Source: an uncultured Methanosarcinaceae archaeon (GTDB lineage: Archaea > Halobacteriota > Methanosarcinia > Methanosarcinales > Methanosarcinaceae). From it: a stretch of DNA of 64,000 bases. Position numbers and translations under genes: made by a program. Location of the stretch: NCBI GenBank assembly GCA_963847185.1, contig CAWJYV010000001.1:224001-288000 (forward strand). Reading direction: 5' to 3'. The notes beneath the pieces were generated by a model, which saw only the letters and a list, made by a program, of their open reading frames with translations, searched no databases and was not told where the DNA came from. Every line of letters begins with the position of its first letter. The stretch's first letter is position 1. Shown in pieces: positions 52,631 to 63,533 of the stretch.

Positions 52631-53350
52631 GGCTCTGTAGAAATCCTCTAAATATTATTTTGTCCAAAAATATTATGAAAACAGGGTTGTAAAATTGCTT
52701 CTTAATTTTTTGTCCTCACAAAAAACGAAGGAGCATCCTATATTGAAATCAAATAAGTATATTAAATTTGTTGATTTCAGTCTGAAAGCTGTCCAGTCTT
52801 CCAGACTGAACGTTTATTCTTTATATTCTTACGTGGTTGAACTGAATAATCAATACCTTGAAATCAACCTAAAGTACATCAGATTTATTGAGTTATGTCT
52901 ATTAATCTTGATTTTAAACCTCAAGTGCGTAAGTCCTATTCTTGTAAGTATTCCAAACGTGTTTATATCCAGCATCAACTTCCAGTTCTTATTTTATTGA
53001 AGAAATATATAAGTACAGATTATCGCGATTTTATAGAACTCATTGATCTTATGAGTGATATAAACGAAAAACTGAACCTTGAAAAAACTCCTTATTTCAC
53101 TACCCTTCAAAAATTTGCACCCAGAGTTCTCTCTTCTTTGTTTGACCAGATTCAATCAAGGATTCTAAAGCTGTTTTACTTACACGGAGAGAACATTTCC
53201 ATTGCAGGAATTGACACAACAGGATTTACGAGTTCTTATGCAAGCCATTATTATTCACGAAGAACAGGGAAGCTCCGGCGGAGCTTCCTGAAAACTTCAC
53301 TATCAGTAGACACAATAATAAAAGCCTTGAAGATAAGATTTACAACGGCC
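52631..53350 (+). mobile_element. Degenerate, truncated IS5-family insertion sequence
   Basis: Left end GGCTCTGTAGAAATC; frameshifted transposase with [32 protein letters not shown], stopping at KTSLSVDT; possible right end GATTTACAACGGCC. Confidence 0.8.
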
Positions 53351-53635
53351 TTACAGATTCTAAAAAAGAGAAGTGCAGGAAGCTTTGTGAGCAGTGGAAC
53401 ACTACTCGCTCTTATCCTGGTGTAAGCAGACAGTCAGCAAAGATATTTTTCAATGATTATTTAAGGTTTTACGGTTAGGGATGTAATCAATCTTATTCCC
53501 GAATATCGTGAAAAATAAGGAATCAAGAATTATATATTGGAAAAGCATTGACAAACCTTAAAAGTTTGTGAGCTCTTGACTCTCAATTTTCGTTTGCTAC
53601 CTTTCCTTTAGAGAACTTTGAAATGTAATTGTTAT

Positions 53636-53935
53636 TTACTCGATCTTCACATCCACTAATTTATCTAAAGGCTGTAGATACGGAACTGTGACTTTAAGTA
53701 CACCATTTGAATATTTAGCAACTGCCTTTTCCGGATTTACAGGACAGCAGATTGAATAGCTGTCCACGTACGTAACTCCTTCTTTCCTAGCTCTTATATA
53801 AAAGCTAACATCAGTAATCTTAAATGAAATGTTTTCCTTTTCTACTCCTGGAAGTACGACTTCAATTTGAAGATTTTCGTATTTATCGTCAGGATATGCA
53901 CAAGTGACCGGTGATAATCTCAAAGTTTCCACCAT
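53636..53935 (-). CDS. Hsp20/alpha-crystallin family protein
   Basis: EVVLPGVEKENI, AKYSNGVLKVTVP. Confidence 0.85.
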   Translation of the reverse strand: MVETLRLSPVTCAYPDDKYENLQIEVVLPGVEKENISFKITDVSFYIRARKEGVTYVDSYSICCPVNPEKAVAKYSNGVLKVTVPYLQPLDKLVDVKIE

Positions 53936-54203
53936 ACATTTACCCCCAAACAATGTCAGCAATTACCATATTTATATATTCGTATTCGGTTAAGCAATTT
54001 ATTAACGTAAAATGACTACTTCAGTCATTTATCTGCTTCTCTATACATCTCTGGATTTGCAGAAAAGGCAACAAAAGCAGGTCCGTGAAAGTCGACTATC
54101 CGCTATTTCATTGGCAAGTTAAATGTTTTTTGAACCAAAAAGTCTCAAAAAGTTTTTTCTGAATCAAAAAAGTCTCAAGGTTTTTTGATTTCTTCGGATG
54201 CTC

Positions 54204-54776
54204 TTAAATTGTATGGATTTTTTTCAATATCCAGGCCATATTCTGACCAAGATTTTTCATGTTTTCAATGCCTTCATGGTCATGTTCAACCTCGCCTATA
54301 GCGTTCCCGTAAACCATGTTCCAGTAACTGGAACCCACTAAAAACATCTCTTTGCTATATAAAAAATTATTTAATGTATCAAAAGCGCTGATAGCCGCCT
54401 CTCCGAGCAGCTACTACTGATGCTCCTACTTTATGTTTGAATAGTCCTCTATTTCCTGCCAGAACAATACTGGCCCGATCAATTAAGGCTTTCATTTGAG
54501 AGGTTACACCGGCTGAATATACAGGAGAACCAAGAATAATCCCGTCTGAAGCTACCATTTTCGCAAAGCACTCATTAAAAAAATCATCTGTGATGACACA
54601 TTGTTTTTGTTTTTATGGCAAGCCCAGCAGGCTTTACAACCTTCTATATTTTTCCCGGATAATTGGATAAGTTCTGTTTCAATCCCTTGTTTTGTCAATT
54701 CATCAAATACGATTTGAATCAGAATTGCAGTATTCCCGCCTTTTCGTGGGCTTCCGTTAATGCCAATAACTTTCAT
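54204..54776 (-). pseudogene. Iron-sulfur flavoprotein (Isf/flavodoxin family) pseudogene
   Basis: GSPRKGGNT, CKACWAC; frameshifts near 54600 and 54395; downstream frames give GSPVY, KALIDRA, GSSYWN, NLGQNMAW. Confidence 0.85.
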
Positions 54777-54887
54777 GATTTTTCAATCACTATTTGTTGT
54801 AATTTTCAATATTACGTTTCATGAGTGTTTTTTTCACAAATGCTACGTTTCACAAAGTATTTTTTCCACAAAATGTTTTCCACACAT

Positions 54888-55577
54888 TTACCTTACGAAA
54901 CCTTCGTCTTTAAGACTTACGTACCTGCCGTCCCCGATGATAATATGGTCCAGCACGTCGATTCCAAGAAGTTTGCCTCCTTCTACCATTTTTTCGGTAA
55001 CCATTATATCCTCTCTGCTGGGACTCGGATCCCCAGAAGGATGGTTATGAACCATGATTACTGATGCCGAAGATTCCATAAGGGCTGACTTGAAAACCTC
55101 GCGCGGATGAACGATGCTTGCGTTCAAGCTGCCTATAGATACTATTTCTTCTTTCAGGATCTGGTTTTTCGTATCAAGATAAAGTGTTATAAATTTTTCT
55201 TTTTTTTGTTCACGCATCTTAGGGTACATGAGAGCATATACGTCCTTTGGGGAACATATCTTCCTTTTAGGCTCTTCTACAAAAGTCTCAAGCCGTCTGG
55301 CAAGTTCGAAAACCGCAGCTATCTGAGCAGCTTTTGCTTTCCCAACCCCATGCACCTGCATAAGTCTTGAGACATTTGCAAGACTGAGCTGTTTTATGCT
55401 GTATTCCGATAGGATTCGGCTGCACAGACTGACAACGTTTTCTTCCTTTGATCCTGTTCTCAGGACTATTCCAAGCAGTTCCGCATTTGAAAGGGATTCC
55501 GGCCCGTTTCGGATAAGCCTCTCTCTGGGACGTTCTTCTTCCGGGATGTCCTGAATCCTTACTTTATTTATTTCCAT
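54888..55577 (-). CDS. radC: RadC (UPF0758, JAB domain) protein
   Basis: RPRERL, GVGKAKA, HPREVF, HNHPSGDPSPSRED. Confidence 0.93.
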   Translation of the reverse strand: MEINKVRIQDIPEEERPRERLIRNGPESLSNAELLGIVLRTGSKEENVVSLCSRILSEYSIKQLSLANVSRLMQVHGVGKAKAAQIAAVFELARRLETFVEEPKRKICSPKDVYALMYPKMREQKKEKFITLYLDTKNQILKEEIVSIGSLNASIVHPREVFKSALMESSASVIMVHNHPSGDPSPSREDIMVTEKMVEGGKLLGIDVLDHIIIGDGRYVSLKDEGFVR

Positions 55578-55823
55578 AATCTACCCCCTCTTCTCATATT
55601 CTGAATGATCCACGTTTAAATCGGGAAGACTCTTGTTAGATACTTACTCTTAATAGATATTATCAGAGTTTCAATATTTGAATCTTCACAAGAATAGTTA
55701 TTCAGTTTATTTCTTGAGGTCAATCGCAGAACCTGCTTTAAAAACAGTGATTAAAGATGCGTGAGGTGCCGGCCTTTACTTATACCGTCTTTACTTATAC
55801 CGGAAAGTACATAACGCTCTTTA

Positions 55824-56669
55824 ATGAAAGTCGTTTCAGTTGTTGGGTACAAAAAATCTGGCAAGGCCGCCCTTGTAACAGCTCTTGTCCGGAAGCTCTC
55901 CGAATTCGGGAAAGTAGGCACTGTAAAGCATATGGGAGAACAGCGCTTCAATCCCGTAGAAACGGACACAGGCAGTTATTTTGATGCAGGCGCTGACATG
56001 GTCATAGGAATAAGTGGCACCGGCACAACAGGCACGGAACTTGTCAGCTTCTCAAGAGACCTTGACCTTGAAGACGCACTTGATATGCTTTGCGACCAGG
56101 GCTTTGATTTTGCTGTGGTAGAAGGTTTCAAAAACAGCAGCCTTCCTAAAATTGTTATTGGGGATCTTCACGATGTCTCGAACGTAGTTTTCAGGATGCC
56201 GGAAGACGTTGATTTTCATGAAGAACTTACAGCTTCCCTCGTAGGAATAGCCCTTACCCAGCCTGACCACTACACCCTGGAAGCCCTCATAAAGAAAGCC
56301 CGAAAAAACCCCACAATCCGGAAATCAGGCGCGATTGGAACTTTTACAGGCATTGTCCGCGAACTTGCTGACAACGAGAAAACAAGCAAACTCGAATTTG
56401 AGAAATACGAACCAGAAGCCTCCAAAATCCTGGATAAAATCAGGGAAGACCTCAAGCAAAAAGAAGGAATCCTGGAAGTGCTCCTTCACCACAAAACAGG
56501 CGTCATCAAAGCCGGAGAAGACATAGTCTACATTGTTATTGCATCCGGGCATAGGAAAGAACTTTTCCCTGTTCTTAGCGAAGCCATAGAGCGTATAAAG
56601 GCAGAAGTCCCGATATGGAAAAAGGAATTCACAGAAAAGGAAGAATTCTGGGCCCACGACAAAGAATAA
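55824..56669 (+). CDS. MobB-MoaE fusion
   Basis: N-terminal VGYKKSGK, TVKH, VVEGFK; C-terminal GAIGTFTGIVR, HR, PIWKKE. Confidence 0.9.
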   Translation: MKVVSVVGYKKSGKAALVTALVRKLSEFGKVGTVKHMGEQRFNPVETDTGSYFDAGADMVIGISGTGTTGTELVSFSRDLDLEDALDMLCDQGFDFAVVEGFKNSSLPKIVIGDLHDVSNVVFRMPEDVDFHEELTASLVGIALTQPDHYTLEALIKKARKNPTIRKSGAIGTFTGIVRELADNEKTSKLEFEKYEPEASKILDKIREDLKQKEGILEVLLHHKTGVIKAGEDIVYIVIASGHRKELFPVLSEAIERIKAEVPIWKKEFTEKEEFWAHDKE

Positions 56670-56778
56670 CAAACGATAATCAAAGATTTCAAGGAACAGG
56701 ATAAGAACCAAGCCTGAAAATTGAATAAAAAATAGAGTTCTCCGTAAAAATAAATGAAAAGACTCCGGATACGGTTAA

Positions 56779-57483
56779 ATGAACGGAAAAACAAAGCCAG
56801 CCCAGCTTGAAGAAACTGAACCTGGAAAATCCGAGAAAAAGGAAATAAAGACTAGAACTGCCATCGTTCTGGCAGGAGGCAGGGGCACAAGAATGGGAAT
56901 GGTCGAAAAAGCCCTTCTCGAATTTGAAGGAAAAACTATCATTGAGCGTCTGCTGGAAAGCCTTTTTCATGCCGTGGACGAGGTTATCCTTTCAGTTCGG
57001 GACAGAACCCAGAAAGAGAAGTTTAATCCGGTGATTGAAAAATTCCCTGCCCGTGAAATCCGCTTTTGTTTTGATACTTTAAAGGATGCAGGCCCCCTCG
57101 AAGGCATTCGGGCAGGACTGCTCGAGTCCAGGTCAGAATATTCCTTTGTCTGTGCAGGGGATATGCCTTTTGTAAATTTCAGAGTTGTAGGCCTTCTGTT
57201 TGAAAAAGCAAGCGGGCACGATGCTGCTCTCCCAAAATGGGATGATAGAATGTTTGAGCCTCTGCATGCAGTCTATTCTAAGAAATTGATTCCTGGAATT
57301 GAAAAAGCCTTTGAGAAAGGAAAGCGATCTGTACTTATGTCGGTTTTAGAGATGAAGGATGTAGTGTTTGTTGAGGTTTCAGAAATTAAAGATATGGATC
57401 CTAAACTGAGGACTTTTGCGAACATCAATACGGTTGAAGATATTGAGACTATGACTTTATCCGACGGTATAAAGAAAAGGTAA
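56779..57483 (+). CDS. mobA: Molybdenum cofactor guanylyltransferase
   Basis: LAGGRGTRMG..KA, GPLEGI, DMPF, EPLHAVY, NINT. Confidence 0.92.
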   Translation: MNGKTKPAQLEETEPGKSEKKEIKTRTAIVLAGGRGTRMGMVEKALLEFEGKTIIERLLESLFHAVDEVILSVRDRTQKEKFNPVIEKFPAREIRFCFDTLKDAGPLEGIRAGLLESRSEYSFVCAGDMPFVNFRVVGLLFEKASGHDAALPKWDDRMFEPLHAVYSKKLIPGIEKAFEKGKRSVLMSVLEMKDVVFVEVSEIKDMDPKLRTFANINTVEDIETMTLSDGIKKR

Positions 57484-57670
57484 TAAATCCTGCTAATCTC
57501 TGATGATCGATTTTATCTAAATTATAGTTATATATTTGTCTTTTTAGTTCGATCCTTTGCAGGACTTTTTCGTCCTATATTCTACGATTGTTGCACAGAA
57601 TCAAGTTTTGTCAGTCACAAAGATTAGTGCTTATATTTTACACTTTGTTCTAGTATTTTTCACGAAAATG

Positions 57671-57691
57671 CCGGTCGTCAGAGACGACCGG
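57671..57691. terminator. Hairpin between convergent genes
   Basis: CCGGTCGT-CAGAG-ACGACCGG. Confidence 0.45.
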
Positions 57692-57802
57692 TGAGAGCTT
57701 GGAGTTAAGGGCCGACTATCTCCAACGATTCTGCCAGTTGAAGCAAAAAATTAACTTTTATTTCTTGTTCTCAAGCTAAAATTCACTTAATCTATCAGTT
57801 TT

Positions 57803-58333
57803 TTACTTATCAGCATCTTCTATCTCAAACTTTATATTTCTCTTCTTAAGCTCTTTTATAATCTCTTCCATAAACACACCAGGCCCCGGCGCATGGCTGT
57901 GGTGGAATTCTTTTACCTTTCCCGGCTCTCCGCCTACGCTGGTTAGTTTCACACCGCAGGAGGGGCTTTTTGGAACACCGATTATTTTTATATTTATGCC
58001 GTTGGCTGCAAGGTCTTCGAGAAGGTCTGCAAAAGGAGTAAAGAGGTTCTGGCAGAAGCGCCTGTAGGCGGGATGGTCGAGCTGATTTTTAGTGATTTCA
58101 CGGCGCCTCATTCCAAAATACATGGCTTCGGGGCAGGGGAGCTGGATTATGTTTGCGCCTTTTGTGTCAAGAGGGGAAGTAGATTTTATGCCTTTGACTC
58201 TTGCAAGGGGGTTAAGAAGGCAGTGGCCTATAACGATTACTTCATTTGTGCTACTATCACTATTGCTTGTGGCTGATTCTTCGGAATTTTGTTCAGTAGT
58301 TTGGGAACAATTGTAGTTTTCCAGCTTTTTCAT
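57803..58333 (-). CDS. DUF523/TudS-related putative desulfidase
   Basis: HCLLN, QLPCPE, SPSCG, GVFMEE. Confidence 0.75.
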   Translation of the reverse strand: MKKLENYNCSQTTEQNSEESATSNSDSSTNEVIVIGHCLLNPLARVKGIKSTSPLDTKGANIIQLPCPEAMYFGMRRREITKNQLDHPAYRRFCQNLFTPFADLLEDLAANGINIKIIGVPKSPSCGVKLTSVGGEPGKVKEFHHSHAPGPGVFMEEIIKELKKRNIKFEIEDADK

Positions 58334-58540
58334 CTGAGGACCTGCTATACTGCTCTTTATACTGCTATTTTATTTGTTATTCTGAGTACGAAAATAAGAG
58401 ATTATATATTTATCTTCTGCATATGTATCCGAAAATGGTATCTGTGAGCCTGCATACAAATTACACTTTTGCGGTCAGTAAGGGTTATGGCTGCAAAAGG
58501 AATGCAGGAGCACGGCTTTATAATTGGAAGGTCATGGCAC

Positions 58541-59446
58541 ATGCATGAAGATTTTAGAACAATTATTAGCAGAGGATTCAACAGCTGGACTAGAAATCTG
58601 AACATCTGTATTCCATTTATCCTTAGCTATTTTACCAGCATGATTCTTTTCTCCTTCTTGGCTGTCTTGCTGGGCGTTTTGCTTTTTTCTTCAAATGCGG
58701 CAATTATAGCTGATCCTACTGCTCTTTCAAATGAAGAAATTGTCTCTATGGTCATGAAGGGGTTTACGGAAAACCTTGGAACTTCCATACTTCTGATTAT
58801 TGTGTTTTTACTGCTTGAGATGTATGTCCGTTCTTTTTTTTCAGCAGGAGCTGTCGGAATGGCAAAAAAGGCAGTAGAGACCGGAGACACAGTCTTTACT
58901 GATATGCTGGTTTCAGGCTCCAAAAACACATACAGGTTTTTCCTCATAAATCTGTTAATGTTCCTGCTGCTACTCAGCGGAATCATATTCATAGTGCCTG
59001 GGGCCCTTAAGGTTGGGGATTTCAGCGAGTTGTTCGTAAATCCGGAAGCTCAGTTACCTGGAATGGGACTATTCATTCTTGGAACTATTTTCTGGGGCTT
59101 ATATCTAATTTTCATAGGTATGATGTTTTCTCTTGCTCCATATGCCCTGGTAATTGACGAGCTTGATCCCCTTGAAGCTCTGAAAACAAGTTTTGGTTTT
59201 TTTAAGGAAAACAAACTCGATATTTTCTTAATCTGGATAATTTACATTGGACTGAGCTTAATTAATACTTATGTCGGCGAATTACTAGGCTCCGGAATCC
59301 CTCTAGCTTCAGGCTTTAAATTTCTGGTTCCGCTTGTCATTTTACAGCCGCTTCTAGCTGTTTTCTTGACACGTCTCTATATCAGCAGGAAAGGAAAGAA
59401 ACTCTATGATCCCTCAGATCTCCTTTCTATTCCAGATGGTTTCTGA
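58541..59446 (+). CDS. Multi-pass membrane protein
   Basis: Several hydrophobic helices; AGAVGMAK, APYALVI. Confidence 0.75.
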   Translation: MHEDFRTIISRGFNSWTRNLNICIPFILSYFTSMILFSFLAVLLGVLLFSSNAAIIADPTALSNEEIVSMVMKGFTENLGTSILLIIVFLLLEMYVRSFFSAGAVGMAKKAVETGDTVFTDMLVSGSKNTYRFFLINLLMFLLLLSGIIFIVPGALKVGDFSELFVNPEAQLPGMGLFILGTIFWGLYLIFIGMMFSLAPYALVIDELDPLEALKTSFGFFKENKLDIFLIWIIYIGLSLINTYVGELLGSGIPLASGFKFLVPLVILQPLLAVFLTRLYISRKGKKLYDPSDLLSIPDGF

Positions 59447-59578
59447 TTTGTCCTTTCTTGTATTTGCTTTCCATTTCGAATGCGTTCTGACCTTTCTTCC
59501 ATTCCGAATGGTTTCTGATCTTTCTTCCATTCAAAAAGGCCTTTAAACGTTCCTTTTTCCGTTTTCATTTCCTTCTAT

Positions 59579-60487
59579 TCATTTCCGGCCGAGCAATTTG
59601 CAGGCCTGGCATATATCTTCAGTACAGGTTTCCCCACAGATCCTGCACTTTTCTATTTTTGCAGGAGGCAGCTGTTTTGCAAGAGCGTCGGTAAGCTTGT
59701 CAAAACCCCGCAGTAGAGAATACTTTGTTCCCGGATGTTTTGCTTCAAAATTGTTTAAAATTTCCCTTACTTCTCCTCGAAGGGCTTCTCCTGCATACGG
59801 ACACTCGCTAAAGTCTACTGGAAGGGAATTTAATAGCGCATAGAGGGCTACTTCTTTTTCAGGAATGTTTCTCAGAGGTTTTGCCCGCAGTACAAGGCCT
59901 TCTACAACCGCAGGCTGGGCGAGCCTGACCATTCGCTCCATATCCCCTCTGAAATGGTTGAGAAGAATTGTCTGGGCTTCGTCATCCAGATTGTGCCCGG
60001 TAACCAGTTTAGTTGCTCCGATTTCCTGAGCTAACTTATTGAGGATATTTTTTCTAAGGACGCCACAGTAGCTGCATGCACCTTTTTCCCGCTCCATTGC
60101 TGCCAGTTCGTCCATGGTTACTCCATGTACTTCTTTGAAAGACTTTATTACATGCCTGACTCCAAGCATGCTGGTGAGACCTTTTGCAAGTTTCAGGGAC
60201 TCCAGACGGTATCCGTGTATTCCTTCATCCACCGAAATTGCCACAATTTCGATATCAGGTCTATTCCCCAGAATTTTGTGCATCATATATAATGCAACTG
60301 AACTATCCTTCCCTCCGCTCAGGGCGACTGCTATCACATCATTTTTCTGGATATTGTATTCTTTCCGAATTGTCAGCTTAATTTTTCTCTCAACATCTTC
60401 CACAAAATGCTTCTTACAGAGGTGCATTCCGGAATATTTCTGAAAAATGATAGCTTCATGATTACATTTTTTGCATTTTATTGTCAT
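59579..60487 (-). CDS. tRNA 2-thiolation enzyme, TtuA/NcsA (TIGR00269) family
   Basis: N-terminal CxxC...CxxH, SGGKDS, CSYCG, GHNLDD, ECPY, C-terminal CxxC..CxxC. Confidence 0.9.
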   Translation of the reverse strand: MTIKCKKCNHEAIIFQKYSGMHLCKKHFVEDVERKIKLTIRKEYNIQKNDVIAVALSGGKDSSVALYMMHKILGNRPDIEIVAISVDEGIHGYRLESLKLAKGLTSMLGVRHVIKSFKEVHGVTMDELAAMEREKGACSYCGVLRKNILNKLAQEIGATKLVTGHNLDDEAQTILLNHFRGDMERMVRLAQPAVVEGLVLRAKPLRNIPEKEVALYALLNSLPVDFSECPYAGEALRGEVREILNNFEAKHPGTKYSLLRGFDKLTDALAKQLPPAKIEKCRICGETCTEDICQACKLLGRK

Positions 60488-60599
60488 TTAAAATCCTTTT
60501 TTCTGCCAATTCCCTGGAAATATTTTTAAAAAATTGATATGAGTTTATCAACTCTAATGAATTTAATTTTGCAGCTTTCTTTCAGGAAAGTGACCTCTC

Positions 60600-61796
60600 C
60601 TATATATGGTTTCTTACTTCCTTGGCATTTCCTTTTTGCTGCGCAAGTTTATTTCCGGCCTTGCTTACAACTTCTTCACTGGGAACACCAGCTCTATTCA
60701 TTTTCCACTGGAACTTGAAAGTGGACCAATCATCGGCTATATCTCTAAACCGTTTATATTCCATATTGTATGGTGTAAGGTCAAGCTGTTCATCAATTAC
60801 CTGGTTTACATATTCTTTATTTGTCTCGAAAACAACCAGTGGCTCGATAACGTCAGCATTTAAGATATCCATTATATCTCTGCCTTCATATCTTTCAATT
60901 AGTTTAGCGCATGCCTCAAAGTGTGAAATTTCCATTTTTGCAAAATTTTCCCAGATGCTCCTTATTCTTGAATCAGTTTCAGTTTGTGCGCAGGAGAAGT
61001 AAATGTAAGCCTCACAAAGCTGCATGAGTGCCGACTTTTCAAGCATTGTTTCCCGTGGGTCCCCAAGTAGCCCGTACTGGGTCACATGCTGTTCCTCCAC
61101 ATCAGCAATCTAGGAATAAATTTGCCTTGCGAGCTCGTCAGAATACATGTTCCCGTGAGTCTTGTAGAAAAGCTCTGTCTGCTGCTCACCTGCAACAATA
61201 GTAAGATAATTCATTTTTGTTTTGATATCAGCCGTATCTTTATCATAGTGCTTGCGCATGGAGTCGTTTGGGTGACGATGCTCTACAACCGTCGGTCTTC
61301 CTGGTTTTACTTCGGTCTTACCCTGAACGATAGACTCATAGTCTCCTCCCTCCAGATAATCGTAAAGGCAGCTGTAACGATAAAGATGATCGAAATCTTC
61401 GAGCAGAGCGAAATCCAGAGTTTGCTTTACATATGGGTCGGGCTCGTTCCTGGCAAGGTTAGCAGTAAGATCAACAGCTACCTGTTCATACCCAAGTGTA
61501 GTTTCTATAATAGTCTGATTAGCAGGATTTAACCAGTCGACAGTCTGCTGCTGCATGGAATCAACGCGTCGGATTAATGCCATTTGACGCTTGATCTCGG
61601 GATCAACAGTCATTCGCTCAATGGCGTGAGACATAAGAACTGAAGCATTCTCAATCCCATTCATGAGAATCACCCTAGTTCGAGTATAGGCATCTACAGA
61701 ATTCTTGTTATACGGAGCTTTGACAATTTCTTTCCAGTTCATGAACTGTTCTTCTATTGGAATACTATCCATTTCAAAAGGTCTAAACTGTGCCAT
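60600..61796 (-). CDS. Ferritin-like (ExxH repeat) protein with in-frame TAG at codon 229; pyrrolysine readthrough or pseudogene
   Basis: ORFs 61110-61796 and 60600-61100 share a frame: ...IYS*IADVEEQHV...; motifs EDFDH, EEQH, EISH. Confidence 0.8.
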
Positions 61797-62360
61797 TATG
61801 GTTTCCCCCAGAATTTTTTACCAGCTCGATCTTTTAATGTGGTCTGAATTTGTTGGTATGGTCAGATTTTTTAGAAATCTAATATCTGAACAGCCAATTG
61901 TCTGAACAGAATTCCACAAAGAGAGATCTTGACCTGTTGCCACAGCTTCTTCTCAGCAGAGTCTCCATAAATCTGCGATAATCCCCCTTAAACTCCTATG
62001 ATCCCCACTGTAAGGCAAGACAACTGGCATCAGCTGGTCAATTTAATCCACGTTTAATAATTTGTTTTTCGTGTTTCATTATTTTAACATAATAGTATTA
62101 TAATTTGATCTATATAATAATCATCATATATTAATTTTAGAAGGAGTAGCGGATTTTTTTCATGATGATATTAGTATTCGATATGGCTATAATAGCTGGA
62201 CCGCTATAAAATTATATTAACAGTTTTTAATAAATAAAATTTTATAATATCGATTTTCTAGTTTGAGAGCTAGAATGATAACTTATAGTACCAGCTTCGA
62301 ACTGATAGCTGGAAGGTTATAGATTTGTAAAATTTCAGGAGTTAAACTCGAAGGGATACA

Positions 62361-63455
62361 ATGGCAGATTCATCGGATATGCTGATTTTCTGGGCTGTGG
62401 TTATTGCGCGTTTCTTTGTGCCATTAGCCATTCCCAGGTACCCTCTTCCGGCAGTAATAGCTGCTATGATCCTTGATACCGTAGACCAGACAATATTTCA
62501 GCAGTTTACTTCCCTGCCTCTGGAAGGCTACCAGGGCTATGATAAGGCTCTTGATATCTATTATCTGACAATTACATACCTTTCAACCCTGCGAAACTGG
62601 TCAAACCTTTTCGCCTTTAAAGTAAGCCGCTTCCTTTTCTATTACAGAATGATTGGAGTGACCCTTTTCGAGCTAACACACCTGAGGGCACTGTTGCTGA
62701 TTTTTCCCAATACCTTTGAGTATTTCTTTGACTTCTACGAGGCCGTCCGCCTGAAATGGAATCCTCTGGTGCTTACAAAAAAGAAAATAATTACAGCTGT
62801 AGCTCTTATATGGATTTTTATCAAACTTCCGCAGGAATACTGGATACATATTGCAAAACTGGATACTACTGACTGGATAAGAGCCAATCCCGCAAATGCC
62901 CTTATTCTGATTGGCTATGCTGTATTCCTGCTCGGCATGGCATGGTGGCTGCTTCGGGACATGCCTCCCATGAAATCCGGCTTCTCAATTGCAGCCGACC
63001 CTCTATCGGCTGCTCCAATAGCTTTTTCCGGACAAGAAAGTGAAATACATTTTCCGATGATTAGTTCAGCAGAACGCTTCTTCAATAACGCCCTTGTCGA
63101 AAAGATAGTGCTTGTATCCCTCCTGAGCATAATTTTTGCCCAGGTACTTCCTGAAGTTAAATCAAGCAACCTCCAGTTAGCAATAGGCATGGCTATTATC
63201 ATAATAATAAATACCGCATTGAGCCACTGGCTTGCAAGACGCGGGAATGAATGGAAATCTATAATTCAGGAGTTCATAGTGATGTCCCTGGCAAACCTGG
63301 GCATAGTTCTTGCATTCGACTTCCTGCTGCCCAGATATAACGGCTCAATAAATCTTTTCAATACACTATTTTTTGTCCTTCTCCTGACCCTGAACGTAAC
63401 CCTCTATGATAGATACCGCGTGTTGCACACAAGAAACAATGATAGAAACAGTTGA
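62361..63455 (+). CDS. Multi-pass membrane protein of unknown function
   Basis: Long hydrophobic ORF; YQGYDKALDIYY, FPNTFEYFF, KLPQEYWIH. Confidence 0.8.
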   Translation: MADSSDMLIFWAVVIARFFVPLAIPRYPLPAVIAAMILDTVDQTIFQQFTSLPLEGYQGYDKALDIYYLTITYLSTLRNWSNLFAFKVSRFLFYYRMIGVTLFELTHLRALLLIFPNTFEYFFDFYEAVRLKWNPLVLTKKKIITAVALIWIFIKLPQEYWIHIAKLDTTDWIRANPANALILIGYAVFLLGMAWWLLRDMPPMKSGFSIAADPLSAAPIAFSGQESEIHFPMISSAERFFNNALVEKIVLVSLLSIIFAQVLPEVKSSNLQLAIGMAIIIIINTALSHWLARRGNEWKSIIQEFIVMSLANLGIVLAFDFLLPRYNGSINLFNTLFFVLLLTLNVTLYDRYRVLHTRNNDRNS

Positions 63456-63533
63456 TTTTCCAGGGTAAGAGGTGAAAGGATAAGGACTCTAGAAAAAGAA
63501 AGAATAAGACCCTAAAAAAGAGAGAATTTATAA

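Noticed and set aside
54204-54776. Programmed frameshifting in the Isf gene
   Set aside because: Two independent frameshifts point to decay
54888-55577. radC as marker of a prophage or integrated element
   Set aside because: Full-length chromosomal type among housekeeping genes; no integrase nearby
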